Below, piece by piece: positions 1 through 14,601 of a stretch of DNA of 64,000 bases (position 1 is its first letter; every line of letters begins with the position of its first letter). The notes under the pieces are model-generated. The model was not told where the DNA came from and searched no databases. It saw only the letters and a list, made by a program, of their open reading frames with translations. The stretch lies in the NCBI RefSeq assembly GCF_009914755.1, contig NC_060928.1; one strand, given 5' to 3'. This DNA comes from the human T2T-CHM13v2.0 reference genome, Homo sapiens. The translations under genes and the position numbers were made by a program.

Positions 1-860
1 AGATTATAGCTAGAAATACATTTATTTCACAGGAAGATAGATCTAAATTAATTACTCAGAATGGAGCATAGAGGGAAAAGATTCACAAAAGGAAACAGCA
101 TAGGAGATAAGGAGGACAGAGTAAGAAAATCTAGTGTACATCTAATTAAATTTCAGGAAGAGACAAGAGAGGTAAAAATGCAAAGCGATATTGAGGATTT
201 TCCAAAAGTAACAAAAGTCATGGAGGTTTAGATCATGAAAGTAAAATGACTCCTTTAAACATAAACCAAAGAAGGCAGTACTGTGCTGTAGCCAGTTCAT
301 AGTGTCCCATGAGAGTCTTCTGTTAAACATTCAGAAATTTACCAGCTGATCTTTAAAACATTGATAGCTTGAACTGGCCATGGTGGAAATATAATAAACC
401 TCAGAAAACACTACAGAGAGATTTTGGGTTTTTGTTTTTTTGAGGGGGAGGAGTTATTTTGCTTTAACAGGAGAGTTACTTTACCCGTATGCCACTAAGA
501 AAGGCATACCTCTACCAATAATCGCAAAATTGCAAACCACAAAAAGAGAAAGCATTGTGAAAGCAGCCAGATAGAAAGGACAGGTGATTTGTAAAGAGAT
601 ATCAGTTTGACACCAGACAACTCAGCAGCATGATTGAATCACACAAGACAAGAAATATCTTCAAAATGCTGTATAAAGAAGAATGTTATTATTCAAAAAT
701 AGGTCAAAGATTCAGAGAATGTTCCAAGACAAAAATCTCACTAAAGTAACTTCTAAGATATACTTAAAGAAGATAGAATATGACCTAAGAAGGAAGTCCT
801 GATAGGCACAAGCAAATGGTGAGAAAATAAATCTTTAAACACTTGGTAAATTAAAAATAA
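1..860 (+). mobile_element. Ancient L1M-type LINE-1 ORF1-region fragments, interrupted by MER63
   Basis: A-rich, decayed similarity to L1 ORF1 coding region (e.g. around 100-270 and 500-830); no intact frame. Confidence 0.5.
276..497 (+). mobile_element. MER63A-like hAT DNA transposon
   Basis: Starts CAGTACTGTGCTG, ends TATGCCACT(A); internal 'tgttaaacattcagaaattt' and 'tagcttgaactggccatggtgg' resemble MER63A; imperfect AAAGAAGG/AGAAAGGC flanks. Confidence 0.65.
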
Positions 861-864
861 TTTA

Positions 865-1413
865 TTGAATCAATTATTTTCTCCTTATAAATATCATCAC
901 TATTGTGTGGCTTAAAGTAACACTCATTTATTATCTCACAATTTATTTAGACCAGAAGTCTAGGAGGCTCAACTGGGTACTCTGCTTAAGGTCTTACTGA
1001 GCAAAAGTTGAGATGGGGCTGGGGCTGCACTTCTCCTCTGGGAAATCAGAGTCCTCTTTCCTTAAGTTCTCTGGTTGCTGCAGAATTCATTTCCTTCTTA
1101 TGCTTTCCATGCAAGTCCCTTACTTCTTCAAACTAGCAACATTTCATGGGAAGTTTCCTGTGCTTGCAATCTCTTACTTCTTCTGCTGCATTTCACAGGC
1201 TCCAGTCAGAGAAAGTTCTCAGCTTTTAAGGATTTATATAATTTTATTGGGACCACCCAGAAAACCATGGTAATCTCCCTATTTTAAGTTCTATAACTTA
1301 AAACATCTACAAAGTCCCTTTTGCAGTGTAACATAGCATGTGATTTTAACTGGTGCCAAAGACTAGGGTGTGGACTAATCACTGGGAGTGAGGTGTTGCT
1401 CTTCCTATCACAC
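865..1413 (-). mobile_element. MLT1E-like MaLR solo LTR
   Basis: 'tggcttaaagtaacactcatttattatctcaca...ccagaagtc' and 'tggttgctgcagaattcatttcctt' are typical of antisense MLT1D/E. Confidence 0.7.
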
Positions 1414-1519
1414 AATAAAACTCATTGGGTGCAATATTATCAACTTCACATAAATTGTACAATTTCACTTTATATTATGTCCCCAAACAGGAACAATTAA
1501 ACCCTTGTTATTTTATATG

Positions 1520-2200
1520 GTTACATTCACATGTACTAACATTACAAAGCAAAGCGACGCAATATGCATCTCTATATTTAATATAACCTTAACTTTTGAG
1601 GAGAGAAGAGTGTATGAATTAGAAACGGCTGAAAAGCAGCTTTCTAAATGTTGGTAATGCTCCTTTTAATAAGCTCGATGATGGGCATCTTACCTGCTTA
1701 TTTTATTATTAATCCTTAAATTATTGTATTTTTCTTTTTTAATTCAATGCTTTGGAAAGATAAATAAAATGCATAATTTTCTTAATAATATGTCTTACTG
1801 AGATGAAATTTAAAAGATACATAAAACTCCAAAATTTAAAAACTCCTTAAAAATGGATCGATAATTCAGACCCACAAATAAAATCTAGGACTAAGAAGGG
1901 ATTCTAGAAACTTCTAATATATATATATATGAATAATTTTAGTATTTCACAAATATGTAAAGAGCATACAAAAAGGAAAAAAAAATAACTCCCATCTTTT
2001 TACATGAGACTTACATAAACTTGCTACCAAAATAAGACAAGGACAATCTTACTCAGAAGCATAAATGCAAAACTTTTATACAAAATGTTTGCACATTGAG
2101 TCCGTCATTGTTTAAATTGTTTTTAAAAAGAAACAACGTATTAATCATGTTGAATTTCTTCTGAAAGTAATTATACATATGAAATTTATCACAGTAAATA
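1520..2200 (+). mobile_element. Highly decayed L1ME-type fragments
   Basis: Weak similarity to an L1 3' end (~1640-1740) and to ORF2 (~1950-2170). Confidence 0.35.
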
Positions 2201-2971
2201 TTTATACTGTATTAAAATAATCCTGTTGATGTTAACCTTTTTACAATACAAATATTCTAGTATTTAGAGTAAATTTTCAAAGTTATTAAGCAGTGTATCT
2301 CTGATGTAAACTAGAGTCCAAGATCAATGTATGCCAATGCTAACCGTTCATGGCACACCATTTTCCCTCACATGTAATTTATTGATCAAAAATATACTCA
2401 AATTAGTGCAACAATATTTTGTTTTACTTTATTGACTAAAAATTAAAATTATGTAAAATGTAAAGTGTTATGTGCCTGAGATTCTTTTCTTTTTGTTTTT
2501 AAGCAGCCTTCCAAATAGGATGTTTATCTGAAATATCAATCAAAAGAAATTCTAGGACTCACAGGAGAAAATATTGTAGAACAAAGAACCCAAGAGCTTA
2601 GTAGCAAATGAAATCTAATAATATGGAAAATTATATATTTTAAAAAGCATAGAGAAAGAGGAGTTTTAAGAAGCCACTTCAGTCATGTTATACCCATCCT
2701 CGACATATTCTCAGTGGCCAAAAGTATTTTTGGATTTTGTAGATGAAAGCAAGAAAAAAAAAATCATATCTTCTGTTCCAGACTTAATTCCAAATGTGCT
2801 TGCATTTGTTTATGACAAATAAAAAAAAAAATCACAAATTTGTATTCCTGAAACTTGAGCCATCTGTGTCCCTAAGAAATGGAGAATTATATCAGATAAT
2901 AAAGACTAAAGTTTGGCTGCAAGTAGAAATTTATTATATACAGAATTTAATTTATTTTTAACGTGGGCCAA

Positions 2972-3283
<312 letters not shown>

Positions 3284-3515
3284 ATGTGGGCCAAATTTTA
3301 AGCATATTCTTCAGAAGTAAATTTTAATAGCCTGTTCGGGGGTGATATTTTTTAATTGACAGAACTGATGAATATAATATGCATATGAATATATAATGAA
3401 ACTGGTAAAATATGTCCATGCTTTCATATACAAAAAATTAATATTATAGGACAATCTTAGTGGAATCTTAAAATAGTTGGGTTATGATTCTTAAAAGTTT
3501 ATTGTAGTAAGTAAC

Positions 3516-4063
3516 TGTAGCAACATATTTTCAAGGGACTGCTGTCAATTCTTTCTCTTCCCAAACATGTATGTAGTTTCCTCATAAGAAATAGTGTCTA
3601 TTTCTTCCTTTATCTTGAATCAGTGTCTGAATACGGACTAAACATGGCTAAATGTAGTAGGTAGTATGTTCTGGGACTAGATCATAGGAATCTTGAAGTT
3701 CCTATCTGAGCACTCACTCTTGTATCCCCAGGAGACTTGATAGGAAGCCTCAATATCCTTGAAAGAAGAATACATGGAGAGGCCCCGAGACTACACTGAG
3801 GGAAGATAGTCCCATCCAGTCCTGACCATCTACTTCTAGCCATCAAAATATAGAAGTTACTTTGTTTTTGACCCTCCATACCAAAACAGGCACCACATGA
3901 ATACCACTGAGTGAACCTAACTTTTGCCACCTGGTATAGAACTGTCCAGCGGAGCTCTGCTCAATTTTCTGACACATACAGTTATGAAATATATTAAATG
4001 ACTGCTATTTTAATTCAAAAAGTTTGTGAGTATTTGGTTCTGCAGCAATTAGTAACCAAAACA
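3516..4063 (+). mobile_element. MLT1F/G/H-like MaLR solo LTR
   Basis: TG...ACA ends; 3' end 'tttggttctgcagcaattagtaaccaaaaca'; internal 'tacatggagaggcccc'. Confidence 0.7.
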
Positions 4064-4958
4064 TTAACAAAGCAAAATTCTTTTGATAACTTTTACAATC
4101 CACATTCAAACTAAAAAATTAACGGGAAAATTAAATGAATTGGCTTAGATCTGCAACTCAAGCTGATATGGGTAAGTAGTTTAACCACAATATCCAAATG
4201 ATCTCTTTGTTTAATTATTTATCTTTAACATTTATTTATAATCTTACATGAAACAGTTTCCAGCTAGTCAATATTAATTATGTTAACATGTGATATGATA
4301 GAAGATGAAAACATTGATGTATTATAATAATTTTATGCTATAATAATAAAAGCTGGGTTTCTGTTTAATATGTAAAAACATGCATCTCTATTTTTATTTA
4401 TTCATAATGTACTCATTTATTTCCTGATGAGATCTTAACTCCTAGTACAGGATTTCATAAAACTTGAGATATTTAGCATATAAAACTGCCAATTGCTTCA
4501 AATAGTGTTCTAAATTAGAATGTGCATTTTTGAAGAAATTGTATTCAGCCTTTGTTTATTGACTGTAGAGATGAGATCCTGGAAAATCTACTGAGGGAAG
4601 TACAGTTCAAATTGGTAATCACCAGGGAGAATAAATCATTTTATGGATCAAAATAAATAAAGTCATATTAGACCTTTGGTGAAAACAGTAAAGTAGAACA
4701 TGGAAATGCACAGCAGGGAATGTGCTATATGAGAGATTTCTCTTACTGTATGATGGGTAGGTAAGTCCACTCAGCTTACTGCTTCTCAATCTTTTTATCT
4801 ACATAAATTTGCCCACACAAATTTAGATTATTATGTGACTAAAATACTAAGAAATATAGTAATTCTAAGATGCCCCATTCTAAAACAGTGCCAATTCTAT
4901 TGGCAGAGGGGGAAAAATGTATAATTGAGAAATCTGAAACTCATTTTAAAAATATTGA

Positions 4959-5612
4959 TTTTATTTGCATAGAGGTGTTTATAGAAAATCTAGAGGAAAT
5001 GGACACATTCCTGGGAACATACACTCTCCCAAGACTGAACCAGAAAGAAGTTGAATTGCTGAATTTACCAATAACAAGTTCTGAAATTGAGGTAGCAGTA
5101 AACAGACTACCAACCAAAAAAAGCCCAGGATCAGATGGATTTATAGCTGAACTCTACCAGAGTTACAAAGAAGAGCTTTCTTCTATTCACAATAGCATCA
5201 CAATACATATCAATGATAGATTGGATAAAGAAAATGTGGTACCTATACAATCATGGAATACTATGCAGCCATAAATAGAACAAGATCATGTCCTTTGCAG
5301 GGACATGGATGATGCTGGAAGCCATTGTTCTCAGCAAACAAATGCTGGAACAGAAGACCAAACACCCCATGTTCTCACTTATAAGTGGGAGCTGAACAAT
5401 GAGAACAAATGGACTCATGGCAGGGAATAACACACACTGGGGGCTTTCAGTGGGGGTTGGGAGAGCATCAGGAAGAATAGCTAATGCATGCTTGGATTAA
5501 TATCTAGGTGATGGGTTGTTGATAAGTGCAGCAAACTGCCATGGCACACGTTTACCCATGTAGCTAAGCTGCACATACTGCACATGTACACTGGAACTTA
5601 AAAATAAAAAAA
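4959..5612 (+). mobile_element. Older L1PA (approx. L1PA10-13-like): ORF2 fragment fused to 3' end, with a tiny inverted 5' piece
   Basis: ORF track [24 protein letters not shown]...[17 protein letters not shown] is L1 ORF2; jumps at ~5180 to ORF2 end/3'UTR ('gagagcatcaggaagaatagctaatgc'); A-rich tail ~5600. Confidence 0.9.
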
Positions 5613-5652
5613 TATATATATTATCAAATGTCTACAGTCTGTAAGAATACAA

Positions 5653-6902
<1,250 letters not shown>

Positions 6903-6903
<1 letters not shown>

Positions 6904-8340
6904 CAAACTATATTATAAGGCTATAGTAACCAAAACAGCATGGTACTGGTACCAAAACAGATATATAGACCAATGGAACAGAACAGAGGCCTCAGAAATA
7001 ACGCCACACATCTACAACCATCGGATATTTGACAAACCTGACAAAAACAATCAATGGGGAAAGGATTCCATATTTCATAAATGGTATAGGGAAAACTGAC
7101 TAGCCATATGCAGAAAACTGAAATTGGACCACTTTCTTACACTTCACACGAAAATTAACTCAAGATGGATTAAAGACTTAAACGTAAGACCTAAAACCAT
7201 AAAAACCCTAGAAGAAAACCTAGGCAATACCATTCAGGACATAGGCGTAGGCAAAAACTTCATGAATAAAACACCAAAAGCAAAGACAACAAAAGCCAAA
7301 TTGAAAAATGGGATCTAATTAAACTAAAGAGCTTCTGCATAGCAAAAGAAACTATCATCAGAGTGAACAGGCAACCTAAAGAATAGGAGAAAACTTTTGC
7401 AATCTATCCATCTGACAAAGGGCTAATATTTAGAATCGACAAAGGGCTAATATTTAGAATCTACAAAGAACTTAAACAAATTTAGAAGAAAAAAACAATC
7501 TCATCAAAAGGGAGCGAAAGATATAAACAGACAGTTTTCAAAAGAAGACATTTATGCAGCCAACAAACATTTTTTAAAAAGCTCATCATCACTGATCATT
7601 AGAGAAATGCAAATCAAAACCACAGTGTGACATCATCTCACAACAGTTAGAATGGCAATCATTAAAAAGGCAGAAAACAACAGATGCTGGAGAGGATATG
7701 GAGAAATAGGAACGTTTTTACACTGTTAGTGGGAGTGTAAATTAGTTCAACCATTGTGGAAGACTGTGTGGCAATTCCTCAAGGATCTAGAACCAGAAAT
7801 ACCATTTGACCCAGCAATCCCATTACTGGGTATATACCCAAAGATTATAAATTGTTCTACTATAAAGATACATGTACATGTATGTTTATTGCCACACTAT
7901 TTACAATAGCAAAGACTTGGAACCAACCCAAATGCCCATCAATGATAGACTGGATAAAGAAAATGTGGCACATATACACTATGGAATACTATGCGGCCAT
8001 AAAAAAGGATGAGTTCATGTCCTTTGCAGAGACGTGGATGAAGCTGGAAACCATCATTCTCAACAAACTAACACAGGAACAGAAAGTCAAACATCACATG
8101 TTCTCACTCATAAGTGGGAGTTGAACAATGAAAACACAGGGACACATGGAGGGGTACATCACACACCGGGGCCTGTCAGGGGGTCATGGGCTAGGGGAGG
8201 GATAACATTAGGAGAAATACCTAATGTAGATGATGGGTTGATGGGTGCAGCAAACCATCATGACACGTGTATACCTATGCAACAAACCTGCACGTTCTGC
8301 ACATGTATCCCAGAACTTAAAGTATAATTTTAAAAAAAAA
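6903..8340 (+). mobile_element. L1PA7-like 3' segment (ORF2 C-terminus, 3'UTR, polyA)
   Basis: Starts 'ttcaaactatattataaggct'; 3'UTR 'gctaggggagggataacattaggagaaatacctaatgtagatg...cacatgtatcccagaacttaaag'; probable TSD AAGAATACAA (5643) / AAAAATACAA (8336). Confidence 0.92.
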
Positions 8341-8779
8341 TACAAATGCAAATAATATATATTCCTGTGCCATATTGTAGTAGATGAACCATAAAGTTAT
8401 GTAAATGCTGTAAATCTGTTGTTGTAAGATCAATGACATAGTGATAACAAAAGAAAACTTGATAAATCATACCTTAGTGGGTCAAAAGTAAATTCACAGG
8501 AAACAAGCAGGATTCTGCATGGAGAATAGGAGTGAAAAAGGCAGAAAACAGAGCAGAAAGAATGCACAATGTCTCACAGGCTGTGACAGATATGAATACA
8601 CGAAGTAAGAAAAAAATGTTATACACTTAAGGAAATGGAGTGCCTGAGATGTAGACCTTAAGAGAGAATATTATCAGATGGCATTTGAGAGAGAATAGTC
8701 ATTTAATCATGGAAGATCTCAACACTAAGGAAACTAGATTTTTTCAATGACAGATAAGGTAGAAGAGGCTTGAAGAATT

Positions 8780-8990
8780 TGGGATCAGAATCCCAGGCTC
8801 TGTAGTTTCCCATCTCAGTTCTGCCTCTTGTTATCTAACTGAGCATGGACAGATTACCTAATCATTACACGTTGCAGTTTCCTTATCTGTGAAGGGAGAT
8901 ATTAAATCCTAAATCAGGGCAGTCTTGTGGATTAATTGAGATAATTTATGCAAAGCAATTGGAAAGTGCCTTGGGAACAGGATATATTTA
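8780..8990 (+). mobile_element. MIR SINE
   Basis: Core 'cagtttccttatctgtgaagggag' and 'gtggattaattgagataatttatgcaaagca'. Confidence 0.7.
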
Positions 8991-9099
8991 ATACATTTTA
9001 AAAAGTATTATAGATATTATTAGTATCCTGAGTAAGGTTTTGTTTCTGTCATTGTTTGTATTTATATAAACACAAAAGTAATTCATGACCTGAAACAAG

Positions 9100-9680
9100 C
9101 AGAAATACTAGCAATGAAAAGGAGAGAAGTGAAGAAGGTTAAGGAAGTAAAAACAAAACAACAGGATTAGAAAGTGATTGAATGTATGTGTTAAAGGGTT
9201 GGTTTTATAATTAATATTTTACAGTAGGTTTCTTACTTGGGTAACTGATCCACTGATGTGTATATTAAACAAGATGGATAATATAAAATGAGAAAAAGTT
9301 CTGGGGAACCATACTGAGTAATTTTGAGGAGTATTACATAGAAGTCCCATATATGCTTGAAAAACTTATGTGTTTAATCTCAGGTAAAATTCATTTGTGA
9401 GTTGTATGATATAGGGCTGTGTGGAAACTTTGATTCTTTAAGGTAACTCAGGTAGAAGAAGTAAAGAAAATATTTTTAAAATTCCATTTAAGGTTTGGTT
9501 GAAAGAAGAGACATAAAACACTGAACAGAAAAGGAAGGTGATCTAGAAAATAAAGTCATAATTGAAAGCAAAGAAATTAAGATTCCAAGTTGGAAAAAAA
9601 TGGTCAACAATACCAAAGTCTAAACAGAGATCAAGTAATATGGTAATCAGAACTGTAAATTGATCTGACCTGTTGAAAGT
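9100..9680 (-). mobile_element. L2 LINE fragments (decayed)
   Basis: Purine-rich antisense-L2-like motifs ('aggtttcttacttgggtaactg', 'tggtcaacaataccaaagtc...gagatcaagtaatatg'). Confidence 0.45.
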
Positions 9681-12600
9681 GCCTAATACTAATAATAAAA
9701 TAATTTACGCTGTTTTTTTTAGTTTGATTATGTCAGAAACATAGTAGTAAAATCTTCAAGGAACCAATTTTAATCTGACAGCTCACTTTAATTTTAGTCT
9801 TTCTAAATTACCAGGAAGCAGATTCCATTTCATAATTTTCTTATATTTAATTAATTTTAAATTGACATTTACCTAAGTTTTCAAAATGTAAAACCATTTA
9901 ATGTAAGAAGACATCCTTAGACAAAGATATTTTCCAAAATATGTTGTTAATGACATATGTTACAGAGGTATAACTATCATTTAGATATTATATATTTATA
10001 AAAATAGATATGGTAAGTTTTAATTTTAAAATCTATTGTATATAGTTGTTACTTTCAACACATACATAAAATAATAATCTAAGTCTCGAAATAATTGCTG
10101 GCAATGATTTATTCTAATTCAAAATTAATATTCATTTTATATATTTTTCCAAGAAAATTATTTGCTGAAGATATAGATAATGGTTAATATGTGTTGTTTT
10201 GTTTTAGTAATTGTGTGATATCAGAAAGAAGAATGCAATTTGGAAATCAGTAGTTAAAATCTAACTGGAAGGGGCATTCCACTTTTTAATGGAAAAACTG
10301 GTTTATTAATACTTATAAACATTTATAAATATAAATACAGAAAGAATTTATATCTCAATATAAATGTAGATGTTGCTATGTTTTTATATGAACTTATATA
10401 ATTCTATCCCTTCTAAAAATCACCTTACGTAATATTTGTAGTTTTATTGATTTTCATCAGTATAAATAATATTTTATTTTAAACACAAAATGGAATTAAA
10501 TTCATGTAAATTTTAGCAACATAATTTTAGACACAATACAGAAATTATGGATAGTAATTTTGGTACTCCATTAATAAAGAAATAAAATGAAACTATAAAC
10601 TATGATTCATTGAGAGAAAATGCTATTTTACATCTGGTGCATGGTATAAGTTTTAATCTTGTATGCATCACACTAAGAAACCTCACACCAACCATGGATT
10701 AAAATTAAAATTAAATTGCATAATGAAACATAGTTAAAATGATCTTATTTTATTTCTGATGTCACTTGGAAAATATGACTACCCAAAATGTTGCATATAT
10801 ATCTTTTAAAAAATAAATTATTTTCAAAATTTATGGAAAAGGCTTAACTGTTTATGAGTCTGAAATAATTTAGTTAGCAATATATTTTATTTCAAGTATT
10901 ATTCATATATCATAGGAGCTCTTCTCATGTGAAAAATCACAATAGTTCTACATACAAGGTATTGAAACATGGATCATTTTAAGGTATCTGAAATATTGAT
11001 TTGAGGTATAATTTCATTCTGTTTTAAAAATCTCCAAGTGATATCTGTAAACAAGCTCTTTGTGCTTAAAATATATTGATGGATTTGTCAGAGGGAGTGT
11101 TATTTTTAGAATGGATGCTGTGTGTTTGTTTTATATTGTTAACAAATTTTAATGAAAGCAAGATTTCAAAACACTCTATAAAATACAACCATCCATTCTA
11201 TAATAAAATGTTTCCTTTTACTACTCATCTACTTTGAAAGACAGAATTTTAACTATACACTTTGTTTTCTTTGTCTTTTAAGTGACAGTACAAATTATAT
11301 ATTTGAAAGAGTAAAATTTGTATGCTTGTAGTATTAATATCAGACCATTACTTATCCAAAATGATCTCTATTTGGAATGGAGACCAGGATAAACACTTCC
11401 GAAATCAAAAAGGAAAAATGTAAAACAATATAATACATTTTTCATTTATTCTGTGAATGAAAATGTATGGTCTTGTTCAATAGTTTTCAAAAGCACTACA
11501 AAGTTGCATTTAAATTAACTGTAGCAGTTTGAACAATAGCAAAAAACAAGAAATTGTTACCCACTATTTATCTGAAGCTGTTTTTCAATAAAATATCTGA
11601 GAATGTGCTTTCTAATAAACATGCTGATCCTTTAGCTATTCTAAAATATAAATTGTTTTCAAAATATATTCCCATATTATTAACATAAATTTCATAAAAT
11701 ACTAATTGATTCTTTGCAGTTTAGAAGCATAGTTATTAAATTTGTAATATAATACAAATACCCTGATAATTTCTTTTAGCACTTTACATGTCTTATAAAT
11801 AAAACCAGTTAGGGTATGTATGCACCAAATCCTGAAAGACAAGAGGTGGAAAGGAGGAAAGGTTAATTATAAGTTATGAAAATGTACATATAAAACAAAG
11901 AATAAAAAGAGATGTGTTATGCAATATGCAGTTGATGTCAAACTTAGTAAATATGTTGAACAGTATATTTTAAAACAGAAGATTAAATGCTTTTGATAAG
12001 CTGAAGCATTTTTGCAAGTTCACCGCATACAATTTATACTTTGAAAGTGCTTTTATATATTTTATGCTTTTGTAAAATTTACAAATTATGCTCTCCCAAA
12101 ACAGACCTTTAGGTTGAATGAGTTATGTTCTTAGTCATATACTGAATCATGTTATGAATAAGGTATAGATAAAGATGCCTAAATAGATCTCCCATTTACA
12201 TATAATTTTAATGATCTAAAAGCATTATATTAAGTCATGAACTCTGGATTTTCTTTAGTATTTCTATACATAGTCTTAAATTAATGTCATTCAGTTCCTT
12301 TAGATATTGTTATTCTGAAAAAGAACTTATGCAAGACACATTAGCCATCTATAAAATTAGAGAGACGTGTCAACCAAGTGGAAATGAAATACTCTTTCTT
12401 CAGATAGCCCAAATTTTCCCAATCTTTGAACAGTAATTGTACAGAAAACAAAGTTTTCTATCTCTGATTAAAGATAAATATATTTTAAAAGATGTATTGG
12501 CTTGAAAAACACATTCTAGTAAAAAATTAGAATGACTTAAATATAGATTAATGACATGACACCATATGTAGCTCTAGTGATTTTTGTTAATACAAAATAC

Positions 12601-14081
12601 TTGCTTTAGTTTACTTATTATTACAGTTGACTACATATATTAGTTTTAATAATGTATTTCTTTTGAAATTTCATGAAAGAAGTGAATTAAAAATACCCTG
12701 AAACTATGGTTAACATTTCAAATATACTTGAGTCACTAGTAAATTACAAAAGATAAAACCAAATAAACAATTTGATTTTATGCAATCATAAATTATTATA
12801 ATTTCCTAATGAAAGACATATTCTAATTACGTCATTTTTAATCCACATGAAATAAACTTTCATTAGCACTTTACAGTTAAGGCACATAGAACACCTGTGG
12901 TTTGAAATCTGAAATGATATATTGGGTTTCAATTGCTATTTTAACTTATTGTTTCTTTTTTCCAAAGCGTGAAATACAAAACATCAATCCAGCATTCATA
13001 CTGAGTTAAGATGTAATCATTCTAGGCTCAAGTGAGGGTCTCATCATGTTATCATAAGATTGAAAACAGCTTATTATGCACCAGAGCAGTATGGACACCT
13101 TTAAAAAAAGCTTTTAAATGGTAACCATGCTGAGCTCAAATGAGACAATTATGGATTTAAATGGGTCTTAGATGTAATAAGAGAATTATGAATATGTTGA
13201 ACAATGAAAAATAAGTCTAAGTAGGAAAAATGCAGATTATCACTAATATTATATTTATATGTCTTACTTTTTATTTCATCAGATTTAAAAATATTTGATA
13301 GGCCATTCCTCAAATATAGACATTTAAATGCATGTTATATTTCACCTTTAGAAAGCCTGAGAAAATATGTACTGTTGATAAATTGCATCCATCATCTTTC
13401 TGCATCATCTTTTTGGAATTTTATTACTTTGCACTAATGCTAACATTTGCGTTTCTGCTATTTTATAGGTAAACACATATTTTTCATTATTTACTTTATT
13501 AACATGGTGAAAAACTTTCAAGCCTTTTGCACCAGAGAAGGCTCTAGAGTTTGGATTTCTCAACAAGGGAAAATGGGTTTTCTTTCATATATTTTCTGTT
13601 CATTTTTGCATTGTCTTGGTTATCTAGTGTTGAATAGGATTTTTGGTTACTGTTTTCTGAAATATGGATTTCAGAATTCTATGTACAGACATTGTATAGC
13701 ATTCTTTAAGTATGCTCCTCCTTTGGTGCAGGTATTTAGCTAAAACTTCATATAGGATTATTTTCTAAAAGTTGACCATTATAGTTTACTGATGATAACA
13801 ATGTGGCTCTAATAATGATAGGGCTCTACATATTATACAGCTTTTTGAGCTTTTTGAGAGTCAGGAAAGAATATTAAGGCCAGAGAAGATGAAAGGGTTC
13901 TAGTACTTTCTCTTACTTCTTTGAGAAAGTTGGTGTATTTAGGTCTTAATTTCTTCTATACTTAAAATGATTTTACTAGATTGAATTTTCTGAGTTATCT
14001 AACTGGGCTAATGTACAAAATATATTTAAGTTGAGCTAGTCTGCCAGAGGAAAAAAATAATTCACTCTTGGAATTTACTTC

Positions 14082-14457
14082 TGTATTAGTTAGTTCTCCC
14101 ATTGCTATAAAGAACTACCTGAAACTGGGTAATTTATAAGAAAAGAGGTTTTAATTGACATACAGTTCCACGGGAGGCATGGTGGAGGAGGTCTCAGGAA
14201 ACTTACAATCATGGTGGAAGGTGAAGAGGAAGCAAGCACATCTTCACATGGTGGCAGAAAAGAGAGAGCAAGCAAAAGGAGGAGTGCTACACACTTTCAA
14301 ACAATCAAATCTTGTGAGAACTCACTCATTATCAGGAGAACAGCAAGGGGGAAACTGCCCCCATGATCCAAGCACCTCCTACCAGGTCCCTCTGCCAACA
14401 TTGAGGAATACAATTCAACATGAGATTTGGGTGATGACACAGAGCCAAACTATATCA
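14082..14457 (-). mobile_element. MSTA-like MaLR solo LTR
   Basis: 'tgtattagt...attgctataaagaactacctgaaactgggtaatttataagaaaagagg' to 'gacacagagccaaactatatca'. Confidence 0.9.
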
Positions 14458-14601
14458 ATTCCCTATTTTTTTTTCTTTTTGTTTTAAGAACATTTCAAAT
14501 GTTAACTTTTCATGAATAGTCTTTCAAAAAACAATGATCCAGATTGTTATGGGAATATAAAAGGCAATATGAGGAAGAGTTGGGAGAAGAAGACATGATG
14601 C

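Noticed and set aside
5170-5200. L1 internal deletion as a spliced L1 RNA
   Set aside because: Junction has filler bases and does not sit at a clean GT..AG boundary
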